Shown one piece after another: positions 38,519-47,043 of a stretch of DNA of 64,000 nt. The notes below the pieces were generated by a model. That model was not told where the DNA came from. It saw only the letters and a program-made list of their open reading frames with translations, and did no database searches. Source of the DNA: an uncultured Proteiniphilum sp. (GTDB taxonomy: Bacteria > Bacteroidota > Bacteroidia > Bacteroidales > Dysgonomonadaceae); the NCBI GenBank assembly GCA_964446805.1, contig CAYUQE010000001.1, positions 3,626-67,625 of the forward strand, written 5' to 3'. Positions within the stretch are counted from its first letter, which is position 1. Each line of letters starts with the position of its first letter. Position numbers and translations under genes: made by a program.

Positions 38519-39502
38519 TCAGAATGAGTTTCTATCAGTGATAATTGTAGGCAGATAAAAATGGATCGGTGTGTTCCCGGTGACAAAGGATGCTGCCTTC
38601 TCACCCATTTTCTGCCAGTCGATGCCGATGCTTGAAACGCCGCTTTCAATAATCTCGAAAAATGGATTGTCGTTATAGGCCAGAAGCCCATAATCTTTCC
38701 CGATCTGAAAATTCTCTCTCTTCCCCTGCCTGATGATGCTGACTAGATCCTGTTGTTTGATCACCAGGTAAAATGAATTTTTCTGTATCGTTGTTTTGTC
38801 GGTGATTTCATCAATGATCTCGAACTCAAAGTTGTTATCCAGACAGAACTGGCTGAAATAATGCTTGCTGCTCTGAGGATGCTTGTGATATTTATTAAAC
38901 ACAAAATATAACTTGTTGTATTTCTTCAATTGCATTTTAATACTGTCCAATGCTTTGTAGAGTGATTCGTCAAAATCCTGACATACATAGGAGTAACCCT
39001 TCTTGTCGAATTTGCCGAAATCCAACAACAATAACTTCTTCTTGTCAACAGTAGCCAGCACTTCAGATATTTTCTCATTGTTATAATTCATTACAATGTA
39101 GTAGTTATACATCCCGACAGAATTGCTGATGATCTGATTGAAGAGATGCTCATTGTACTGATGAAACCAGAGATCAATTTTATAATAGGAGGGCAGTGAG
39201 GTTAGAAGTGTGTTATACAGTACCTCTTTGAAAGGTGTGAATTCATCAAGCAGCAGGAGAATACTTTTGCTGTGTGTGGCAACAAAATAACTCTTGCCAT
39301 GTACTGAATCGATAATCCCTCTTTTTTTTAAGTCGCTGAATGCTTTAAAAACGGTGTCGCGCGATACATTGTATTTCTTGCTGAGATGATTGATCGAGGG
39401 TAGCTTGTCCCCCGTCCGCAAATCACTCGCAGAGATGGATCTCTGTATGTACTCGGTCAGCTGCTGCACTTTGGTCGATTTGTGGTTGAATTGTAAACTC
39501 AT
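38519..39502 (-). CDS. fucR: GntR-wHTH plus periplasmic-binding-fold regulator (FucR-like)
   Basis: KLPSINHLS..VSRDTVFKAF..GKSYFV, followed by VCQDFD and YND..SSI. First gene of the fuc cluster; ATG 39502 preferred. Confidence 0.82.
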   Translation of the reverse strand: MSLQFNHKSTKVQQLTEYIQRSISASDLRTGDKLPSINHLSKKYNVSRDTVFKAFSDLKKRGIIDSVHGKSYFVATHSKSILLLLDEFTPFKEVLYNTLLTSLPSYYKIDLWFHQYNEHLFNQIISNSVGMYNYYIVMNYNNEKISEVLATVDKKKLLLLDFGKFDKKGYSYVCQDFDESLYKALDSIKMQLKKYNKLYFVFNKYHKHPQSSKHYFSQFCLDNNFEFEIIDEITDKTTIQKNSFYLVIKQQDLVSIIRQGKRENFQIGKDYGLLAYNDNPFFEIIESGVSSIGIDWQKMGEKAASFVTGNTPIHFYLPTIITDRNSF

Positions 39503-39505
39503 AAG

Positions 39506-39542
39506 TTGTTCTATACTGTCCTGTGCTGTGATGACAAACGTA
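39506..39542 (-). promoter_or_regulatory. fuc operon promoter (-7 TACGTTTG) and downstream pentamer direct repeats (candidate operator)
   Basis: -7 element at 39535-39542; minus strand CACAG-CACAG-GACAG-TATAG-AACAA at 39530-39506. Confidence 0.5.
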
Positions 39543-39637
39543 GTAAAATGTATTTTAATAAAAAAATACCATTCTATGTTATAGGACATAAAGAGGAAAT
39601 CTTCTTCACAAGAGCATACATTTGGCAGGGTAATACT

Positions 39638-39680
39638 AAAAACAACCGGAAGAACTCTTCACAGGGTCCCTCCGGTTTTT
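39638..39680 (-). terminator. Intrinsic terminator of the NigD-like gene
   Basis: Minus strand aaccggagggaccct/gtga/agagttcttccggtt followed by gttttt (G-U pairs, one mismatch). Confidence 0.72.
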
Positions 39681-39733
39681 GGAAAATCAAAAAGTCATAT
39701 AAGAAATAGAACTAATTAAGTTGTGGTTTGTAT

Positions 39734-40468
39734 TTAATAGTATTCGTTTGATGAAATTACAGGTATAGGCATTTCAGCTCGTGTTTCCACTGATGGTTGG
39801 TTATACTTGTAAACAACATCATAAGTGATATCTTCATTCCATCCGTTCAGCCTGATGGAAAGCTGTACTGAATCAGCATCATTCACCCGGAAAGGTTTCA
39901 GGTCGAAGCATACAAAACCTTCATATAGCTTCGTCTGACTGCTCTGGTAGGCATTATGCCGGAATTCGAGATTGATGGTCCCAGTGGATGTTTCAGGGTT
40001 GAGCCTGTTTCTTACCAGGTTGATGGCATGAGGTTGAATGCCACCGTAGTTGAACATGAACGAGACATTTAGATAATCGCCTCCCACCCATATTGCATTG
40101 GCTTTCACCGGATCGTTGCCGATACTGTCCTGGTTTTGAGCGGTGAGTTCAATAGCCTGTTTGGTCAGTATATTCCATATGTCGTTCACTTTGATGTAAT
40201 GGTCATATCCGCTCTGGGCATCAGACAGCACCGTATAGTTCAGGAATACCCGTTGATTGTAGGCGGGTAAGTACTTCACCGCGCTGGCTGCCGGCCATAG
40301 ATGCTTCCCATTATCCAGCAGCAATGAATAAGCATTGTCACCTTCAGGGATAACGGTCGCAATATCGATGCCGAAGTTGCCGAGTGAGTTTGAATGATCA
40401 TCGCATGAGATGTTGGCAAGAAGGATGCCGACAGCAACAATCACAATGGCCAGAACCGTTTTTTTCAT
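39734..40468 (-). CDS. NigD-like lipoprotein
   Basis: Lipobox NISC plus DD; LLLDNGKHLWP..QRVFLNYT; ILTK..IGNDPV..YLNVSF..LEFRHNA. Confidence 0.85.
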   Translation of the reverse strand: MKKTVLAIVIVAVGILLANISCDDHSNSLGNFGIDIATVIPEGDNAYSLLLDNGKHLWPAASAVKYLPAYNQRVFLNYTVLSDAQSGYDHYIKVNDIWNILTKQAIELTAQNQDSIGNDPVKANAIWVGGDYLNVSFMFNYGGIQPHAINLVRNRLNPETSTGTINLEFRHNAYQSSQTKLYEGFVCFDLKPFRVNDADSVQLSIRLNGWNEDITYDVVYKYNQPSVETRAEMPIPVISSNEYY

Positions 40469-40492
40469 ACGAACATGCGTTTAATACATGAT

Positions 40493-40518
40493 AGATGGCG
40501 TGCGCAAAAAAACGTTGC
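40493..40518 (-). promoter_or_regulatory. Putative ECF-sigma promoter upstream of the NigD-like gene
   Basis: GCAAC-N16-CATCT; no TAnnTTTG element found near the start. Confidence 0.5.
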
Positions 40519-40609
40519 GTGGTGAAATTGATTAAATTGTAAATTTAACCATATTTAACACTATATTAATGATTGAAGTCGTTTGTGTATAGGAACAAGC
40601 AGCTGGATC

Positions 40610-42445
40610 TTATCCGTTTGGATAGATCTTTTGAATGAGATCATGCCGGTGAATCCGTTTCAGCTCGTTAATGATTGCGCTTTTGTTCTGTTTATCATGC
40701 CAGAAGAAAAATTGACGTTGTGCGTTTTTCTGCTCTTTGCTTCTGGCGGTATATACCCGCTCCAGTGTATAGGGATGGATGCCGGTGTAGTAAATCTCCG
40801 TAGCAAGTGTCATGGGTGAGGGAGTGAAATCCTGCACCTGTTCAAGCTTGAAGAAGATATTTTTGGTGATAGCGGCCAGCTCAGCCATATCTTCCTCTGT
40901 GCAACCGGGGTGGGATGAGATAAAATAGGGGATCAGCTGTTGATTGAGTTGCTCTTTTTCATTCAGTTCATCGAAAAAACGTTTAAACTGGTAAAAGAGG
41001 TCGAATGATGGTTTACGCATCATCTGGAGCGTGCTGTCGGAGGTGTGCTCGGGTGCCACTTTCAAGCGTCCCGACACATGATTCTTTATCAGCTCGCGGA
41101 GGTATGTCCGTGTGGAGGTATTTGTTTGTTGATCGCTGCTCCTGTGAAGCAGCATATCATACCGGATGCCACTGCCGACAAATGATTTCTTCACCCCGGG
41201 GAGTGCATCCACTGAACGATAAATATCCAGCAGATCCGTATGATCCGTATTCAGGTTAAAACATACTTTGGGGAAGATGCAGGATGGTTTTTTACATTTC
41301 GCGCAGATCTCCATCTCTTTGCCCTTCATCCTGTACATATTTGCCGAGGGACCTCCCAGGTCACTGATGTATCCTTTGAAGTCAGGCATCTCGGTTATTT
41401 TGCGAACCTCTTTAAGGATTGATATTTTAGACCGCGAAGCGATAAATTTGCCCTGATGTGCCGAGATGGTACAGAAGGCGCATCCGCCGAAGCATCCCCG
41501 GTGTAGATTGACCGAGAATTTGATCATTTCGTAGGCGGGAATCAGCTTCTCTTTGTATTTGGGGTGTGGCAGACGGGTGTAGGGAAGATCGAATGAGGCA
41601 TCTATCTCCTCCTCTTTCATGGGAGGAAAGGGCGGGTTGACAACCAGTGTTTTATCATCCACCATCTGCAGTATACGTGCAGCAAAAAGACGGTTGGATT
41701 GTTCTTCCACCACTCGGAAGTTTTTTGCCTGTTTCAGCTTTTCCTGTATGCACTCCTCATGGGAATAGAGTTGCACCTCCTCGCTAAAGGTGTTGACAGG
41801 TACTTTATTCTCTGCACAGAGAAAGGCTGTTTGTGGTATGTTGGTTATCTCGTTTATTTTTTTGCCACTGCGCATTTCATGCACCAGCTGCTTCAGGGGG
41901 AGCTCACCCATCCCATAGATCAGCAGATCGGCACCACTGTCGGCAAGGATGGTTTTGTGCAGTGCATCGTCCCAGTAATCGTAATGACTTACCCTACGCA
42001 GTGATGCTTCCACACCACCCAGTACCAACGGTACCTCAGGGTAGCGTTGCTTAAGAATACGGGAATAGACGGTGACAGCCCTGTCGGGGCGCATGTCTGA
42101 ACGTCCGTCGGGTGTGTAGGCATCGTTGGAGCGTAGCCTTTTATTGGCGGTATAATGGTTGATCATCGAGTCCATCACGCCTGCAGTGACGGCGAAGAAT
42201 AGGCGGGGGGTACCCATCTTGGTGAAATCACGCAGATCATCTCTCCAGTTGGGTTGTGGTACGATAGCAACACGCAGTCCCTCACTTTCGAGGAGTCGTC
42301 CGATGACCGCCGTGCCAAACGAGGGATGGTCAATGTAGGCATCGCCCGAGAACAGCACCACATCCACATAGTCCCACCCGCGAAGCTCCATCTCCTTTTT
42401 CGTAGTTGGGAGCCAGTCGGTTAGCTGATGTGATCTCATCTCCAT
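40610..42445 (-). CDS. ygiQ: YgiQ-family radical SAM protein (UPF0313)
   Basis: SGDAYIDHPSFG, RGCFGGCAFC, DLGGPSANMY, KVAPEH, VQDFTP. Confidence 0.94.
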   Translation of the reverse strand: MEMRSHQLTDWLPTTKKEMELRGWDYVDVVLFSGDAYIDHPSFGTAVIGRLLESEGLRVAIVPQPNWRDDLRDFTKMGTPRLFFAVTAGVMDSMINHYTANKRLRSNDAYTPDGRSDMRPDRAVTVYSRILKQRYPEVPLVLGGVEASLRRVSHYDYWDDALHKTILADSGADLLIYGMGELPLKQLVHEMRSGKKINEITNIPQTAFLCAENKVPVNTFSEEVQLYSHEECIQEKLKQAKNFRVVEEQSNRLFAARILQMVDDKTLVVNPPFPPMKEEEIDASFDLPYTRLPHPKYKEKLIPAYEMIKFSVNLHRGCFGGCAFCTISAHQGKFIASRSKISILKEVRKITEMPDFKGYISDLGGPSANMYRMKGKEMEICAKCKKPSCIFPKVCFNLNTDHTDLLDIYRSVDALPGVKKSFVGSGIRYDMLLHRSSDQQTNTSTRTYLRELIKNHVSGRLKVAPEHTSDSTLQMMRKPSFDLFYQFKRFFDELNEKEQLNQQLIPYFISSHPGCTEEDMAELAAITKNIFFKLEQVQDFTPSPMTLATEIYYTGIHPYTLERVYTARSKEQKNAQRQFFFWHDKQNKSAIINELKRIHRHDLIQKIYPNG

Positions 42446-42447
42446 GC

Positions 42448-44169
42448 TTACACTCTCTTTTTATGTTCCTTCTTCATTTCTTGATCGATCTGTTGGGCTC
42501 TTTCAACTGCCTCGTGGATATTGGTACAGATATTCTCTTCACCCACTATCTGGGGTATTTTCGATTTGGTGAGACTCTCACGGATCGTATCGTTGACACC
42601 TGAGAGAATGATATGAATCTTTTCTTTCCTCGATTTACGGCACAACATCTCAAGGTTGTTCAAGCCGGTAGCATCAATAAAGGGTATTTTGCGCATTCGG
42701 ATGATACGGACATGGGGGTGGTTTCCAATCTCGCGCATTTTCTCGTCGAACTTGTTGGCTACACCAAAAAAGAAGGGACCGTCAATCTCATACGCCTCTA
42801 CACCATGAGGGAGGTAAAGCACTTCCTCTTTCATATCTGCCGAGTAGGACTCCATCTCTTTGGTGATTTCAATCTTTCCGGTGGTGTGTGTCACCTGTGT
42901 GCTGTCATTCATACGTTTGATAAAGGCGAACACGGCAAGCAATAACCCCACCTCAATGGCGATAGTAAGGTCGAAAATGACCGTCAGCAGAAAGGTAGTG
43001 AGCAGGATGGCCATCGTGGACCTCGATTGCTTCATGAGTGAGATAAAGGTGCGCCACTCGCTCATGTTATAGGCCACCACCACCAGTACACCTGCAAGAC
43101 AGGCCATGGGTATATGCTTCGTGAGATCACCCAGAAACAGGACGATCAGTAACAATACCACGGCATGGATGATTCCTGCTATCGGTGTTCTTCCGCCGTT
43201 GTTGATGTTGGTCATAGTGCGGGCGATGGCTCCCGTGGCCGGTATACCTCCAAAAAAGGGGACTACCATGTTGGCTACACCCTGAGCTACCAGCTCCATG
43301 TTGGAGTTATGTCTTTTTCCAGTGACGCCGTCGGCCACGGTGGCCGAGAGTAACGACTCTATTGCTCCCAGCATGGCGATGGTGAATGCCGCGGGGAACA
43401 GCAGGCGGACACTCTCGAGGTTCATGGGTATGGATGCCACCTCAGGCAGTTGTTTGTTGATGATGAACCTGTCACCGATCGTTTCGATCTCTGCAAAGTG
43501 GCCATAACTTTTCATCAGGTAGGCCGCAACCGTCATCACGATGATGGCGATCAGTGATCCGGGCACCTTCTTCAGAATCTTTGGTGTGAGCACTATGATA
43601 GCCACCGTTGCAATGGCGATGAACGCCGTGGGCCAGCTGGCAGTGTCGAGATGTTGAAGGTAGACCCCCCACTTCTCCACGAACCCTGAGGGTAGTCTAG
43701 GGGTTGTTAGTCCGAAGAAATCCTTTATCTGTGTGGAGAAAATGGTGAGTGCGATACCGCTGGTGAATCCCACTACGATTGGATAGGGGATGAATTTAAT
43801 GACGGTGCCCAGTTTCAGCACTCCCATCAGAATAAGCATCGCACCGGCCAGGACGGTGGCTAATGCCAGCCCCTGCACACCATATTGTTCCACGATGCCG
43901 TAAACAATCACGATAAAGGCACCGGTAGGACCGCCTATCTGTACGCTGGTACCCCCCAGGAAAGAGATGATGAAGCCGGCGATGATAGCCGTGTAGATAC
44001 CTTTCTCCGGTGACACGCCCGAAGCGATGCCAAAAGCGATGGCCAGCGGTAGTGCCACAACACCCACAATCAATCCTGCCATCACATCAGCAATGAACTT
44101 CTCTTTGTTGTAGGTCTTAAAAGTTTGAAAAAGTACGGGTTGAAAATCACTTAAAAAATTGAATTGCAT
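42448..44169 (-). CDS. sulP: SulP-family anion transporter with STAS domain
   Basis: ALPLAIAFGIASG, GGPTGAF, ESLLSA, TGAIART, STAS GPFFFG..IDATG. Confidence 0.95.
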   Translation of the reverse strand: MQFNFLSDFQPVLFQTFKTYNKEKFIADVMAGLIVGVVALPLAIAFGIASGVSPEKGIYTAIIAGFIISFLGGTSVQIGGPTGAFIVIVYGIVEQYGVQGLALATVLAGAMLILMGVLKLGTVIKFIPYPIVVGFTSGIALTIFSTQIKDFFGLTTPRLPSGFVEKWGVYLQHLDTASWPTAFIAIATVAIIVLTPKILKKVPGSLIAIIVMTVAAYLMKSYGHFAEIETIGDRFIINKQLPEVASIPMNLESVRLLFPAAFTIAMLGAIESLLSATVADGVTGKRHNSNMELVAQGVANMVVPFFGGIPATGAIARTMTNINNGGRTPIAGIIHAVVLLLIVLFLGDLTKHIPMACLAGVLVVVAYNMSEWRTFISLMKQSRSTMAILLTTFLLTVIFDLTIAIEVGLLLAVFAFIKRMNDSTQVTHTTGKIEITKEMESYSADMKEEVLYLPHGVEAYEIDGPFFFGVANKFDEKMREIGNHPHVRIIRMRKIPFIDATGLNNLEMLCRKSRKEKIHIILSGVNDTIRESLTKSKIPQIVGEENICTNIHEAVERAQQIDQEMKKEHKKRV

Positions 44170-44199
44170 ATACGCCTATTTCAGATAAGAAATTTGCTG

Positions 44200-44207
44200 C
44201 AAAGATA
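44200..44207 (-). promoter_or_regulatory. sigmaA -7 element for sulP-ygiQ
   Basis: TATCTTTG on the minus strand. Confidence 0.65.
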
Positions 44208-44273
44208 CTGATTATATCCGGAGATAGTGAACCGGGGTGTGGTTCTTGGCAGATAAAAGATAAAAAAAACTGA

Positions 44274-44918
44274 TTAAACAGCTCCCTGTTCCACTAGCAC
44301 GCACACCCGTTCTGTCACACGATCTTCACCATAGGGGTTGTAACGGGTCTTGAGACTGTTGCCGAAAAGTCCGGCGAAGACATTGTAAGTCCATGCTTTA
44401 AAACTTCCCATAAAAGCATCGATTATGTGATAGGAGGAGGAGTTGGTCTCCCTGTCCACCAGCTTCATCAGCAGCTGACCCTGTGACTTGGTCATCTTTT
44501 TCATCTTGGGCGTATATTCGTCCATCAGGTATTTTTCCATCTTGTTCAGATGTTTTTGTCTCGCTTTTTCGTCGGGAAGCGTCTCCATATACTCGTAGGT
44601 TTCCGTGATGATGCCGGCGATCTCTTTGGCGTAGGGGAGCGTTTTTTTTACATCACGGATCAATTTGGCATAGGCTGCTTTATCTTTCGTGCTACGGAAG
44701 GTAAGGGGTGAATATTTGATGAAGTCGGTGAGCCACATGCAAGCAACTGTGTCCCCATCAAGGATGACCGCCGGATAAACGTTTGGCATCAGGAATATGG
44801 TGGACACCGGTGTTTTCGAGTCGGGATTCAAGTTGGCGGCATAATACTCCTGTGCTTTCACCGTGAAGGGTAAAAGTGCAAGGATGAGTGCTGTTGATAT
44901 ATGGAGCCGTCTTTTCAT
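44274..44918 (-). CDS. DUF4294-family exported protein
   Basis: Signal peptide; LIRDVKKTLPYAK, SQGQLLMKLVDRET, FGNSLK. Confidence 0.85.
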   Translation of the reverse strand: MKRRLHISTALILALLPFTVKAQEYYAANLNPDSKTPVSTIFLMPNVYPAVILDGDTVACMWLTDFIKYSPLTFRSTKDKAAYAKLIRDVKKTLPYAKEIAGIITETYEYMETLPDEKARQKHLNKMEKYLMDEYTPKMKKMTKSQGQLLMKLVDRETNSSSYHIIDAFMGSFKAWTYNVFAGLFGNSLKTRYNPYGEDRVTERVCVLVEQGAV

Positions 44919-44925
44919 AATGATG

Positions 44926-44933
44926 CAAAGATA
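44926..44933 (-). promoter_or_regulatory. sigmaA -7 element immediately upstream of the DUF4294 start
   Basis: TATCTTTG ends 7 nt before the ATG. Confidence 0.55.
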
Positions 44934-45120
44934 GATGCAATGTTCTATTCAACCATGAAATCAGGCGTTAAGTGTAGTTAATTATACGGTCTGTTTTTAA
45001 ATTGTTAAGAAAAAAAAATGGAAAAAAGAACGCAGTGAACGAACGATTCTAAAAATAAACCTCTTTATGCTGCTATTACGATGAAAAAGCGTATTTTTGA
45101 ACACACTAACAGCAATAACT

Positions 45121-46926
45121 ATGACATACTTTCACCTGGGTGAGCTCATCCATGAACAAGCAAGCAGACTGAAGCATAAAACCGCGTTGAAATACCAGTC
45201 CCCGGGGGGGGAGTGGGTGGACATGTCATGGATCTCTTTCTCTGAGAAAGTGTTGAAGACAGCTCGTGCAATGGCGGAAATTGGGCTCAACCCAAATGAT
45301 AATGTAGGCATCTACTCCCAGAACATGGAGAAATACCTGATCACCGATTTTGCGGCCTTTGCCAACAGGGCGGTGATGGTACCGATGTATGCAACTGCAT
45401 CACCGGCACAGGTGCGCTATATTGTGAATGATGCACAAATAAAGCTGGTTTTCGTGGGCGAGCAGTTCCAGTACAACAACGCCTGGAAGGTGCAGAAAGA
45501 GAGCACTGTACTCAGGAAGTTGATTATTTTCGACAGGAATGTAGTCCTGCAAAGCGATGACAAGACCTCGCTCTATTTCGATGATTTCATCACCACTGGA
45601 GATAGCTCCGAGTCGATGGCACTGGTAAGTGCACGGTTGAAACAGCTGAAAGAGAGTGATCTGGCGACCATCATCTACACATCAGGCACCACGGGTGAAC
45701 CAAAAGGTGTGATGCTCACCCATACCAGCTATATGAAAGTGATGAAGATTCATGATGTTCGTCTTACCAGCATGTCGGACAAGGATATCTCCATGTGCTT
45801 TCTTCCGCTGACCCATATCTTTGAGAAGGCATGGACCTACTACTGCTTATCCAAAGGGGTTGTTGTCGCTGTGAATAAGGAGCCGGGCGAGATCAGGAAA
45901 ACGCTCAAGCAGGTACGCCCTACATTGATGAGCAATGTACCCCGTTTTTGGGAGAAAGTGTATGATGGTGTGAAGGAGACGATCGATCATTCATCGGGTA
46001 TCATGAAATGGTTGTTCCTCGATGCGGTAAAGACGGGACGCCGACATAACCTGACGTTTGTAAATGAAGGGAAAAGAGCCCCGTTGGGTCTCAGACTTAA
46101 ATTTTTTATCTATCAACATACGCTGTTTTACCTCATCAAACGGGTAGTGGGTATCGACCGTGGTAATTTCTTCCCGGTGGCGGGTGCACCGCTCTCCGAT
46201 ACGATCAATGAGTTCATGCAATCTATTGACGTGCACATTATTTACGGTTACGGTCTCACCGAAACCACTGCAACAGTGAGTTGTTTTACAGCAAAAGGTT
46301 TTACCATCGGTACCGTTGGGCGTGTGATGCCCGATGTGGATGTGAAGATAGGCGAGAACAACGAGATACTGGTTAAGGGGGATACCGTGATGAGTGGTTA
46401 TTATAATAAACCGGAAGCCACCAGGGATGCTTTTACTGAAGATGGCTATTTCAAAACCGGCGATGCAGGCAGATTGACAGACAACAATGAAATAATCCTC
46501 ACCGAAAGAATCAAAGATCTTTACAAGACATCCAACGGGAAGTATATTGCTCCGCAAATGATAGAAACACGTATCTGTGAGGATAAATATATTGATCAGA
46601 TGGCAGTCGTCGGTGACGAAAAGAAATTTGTGAGTGCGCTCATCGTTCCCAATTATGAACTGTTGAAGAGCTATGCTCAGGAGCAGCATATCGATTTTAC
46701 ATCGGTGGAGGAGCTGGTGAACAAGGAGGAGATCGTCGATTTTATCTTTGGCCGTGTTGAGTTGTTACAATCACAATTTACCTCTTACGAGAAAATTAAA
46801 AAATTCACCCTCTTACCCCGGCCCTTCACTATTGAGGATGGTGAATTGACCAATACACTCAAGCTACGCAGGAAGGTGATCCTCGAAAGATATGCAGGCC
46901 TGATTGAAGAGATGTACCTGAGCTAG
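45121..46926 (+). CDS. Long-chain fatty acid-CoA ligase
   Basis: IIYTSGTTGEPKGV, YGYGLTET, YFKTGD, TNTLKLRR. A -7 element TATTTTTG at 45092-45099 favours ATG 45121. Confidence 0.93.
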   Translation: MTYFHLGELIHEQASRLKHKTALKYQSPGGEWVDMSWISFSEKVLKTARAMAEIGLNPNDNVGIYSQNMEKYLITDFAAFANRAVMVPMYATASPAQVRYIVNDAQIKLVFVGEQFQYNNAWKVQKESTVLRKLIIFDRNVVLQSDDKTSLYFDDFITTGDSSESMALVSARLKQLKESDLATIIYTSGTTGEPKGVMLTHTSYMKVMKIHDVRLTSMSDKDISMCFLPLTHIFEKAWTYYCLSKGVVVAVNKEPGEIRKTLKQVRPTLMSNVPRFWEKVYDGVKETIDHSSGIMKWLFLDAVKTGRRHNLTFVNEGKRAPLGLRLKFFIYQHTLFYLIKRVVGIDRGNFFPVAGAPLSDTINEFMQSIDVHIIYGYGLTETTATVSCFTAKGFTIGTVGRVMPDVDVKIGENNEILVKGDTVMSGYYNKPEATRDAFTEDGYFKTGDAGRLTDNNEIILTERIKDLYKTSNGKYIAPQMIETRICEDKYIDQMAVVGDEKKFVSALIVPNYELLKSYAQEQHIDFTSVEELVNKEEIVDFIFGRVELLQSQFTSYEKIKKFTLLPRPFTIEDGELTNTLKLRRKVILERYAGLIEEMYLS

Positions 46927-47013
46927 TCCTTTCCTTTCTTCATTCTACGTGGAGGATGACCGGCTGCTTGTCTAAACCTCTGTTTAAAGGCGCTAGTTCA
47001 GAACTTTTTTTGC

Positions 47014-47021
47014 TATCTTTG
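47014..47021 (+). promoter_or_regulatory. sigmaA -7 element for leuS
   Basis: TATCTTTG upstream of the ATG. Confidence 0.7.
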
Positions 47022-47043
47022 CACCGTTTTAAAAAGCAAAGGA

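Noticed and set aside
26392-39502. fuc cluster as a mobile genomic island
   Set aside because: No integrase, transposase, tRNA or flanking direct repeats were seen.
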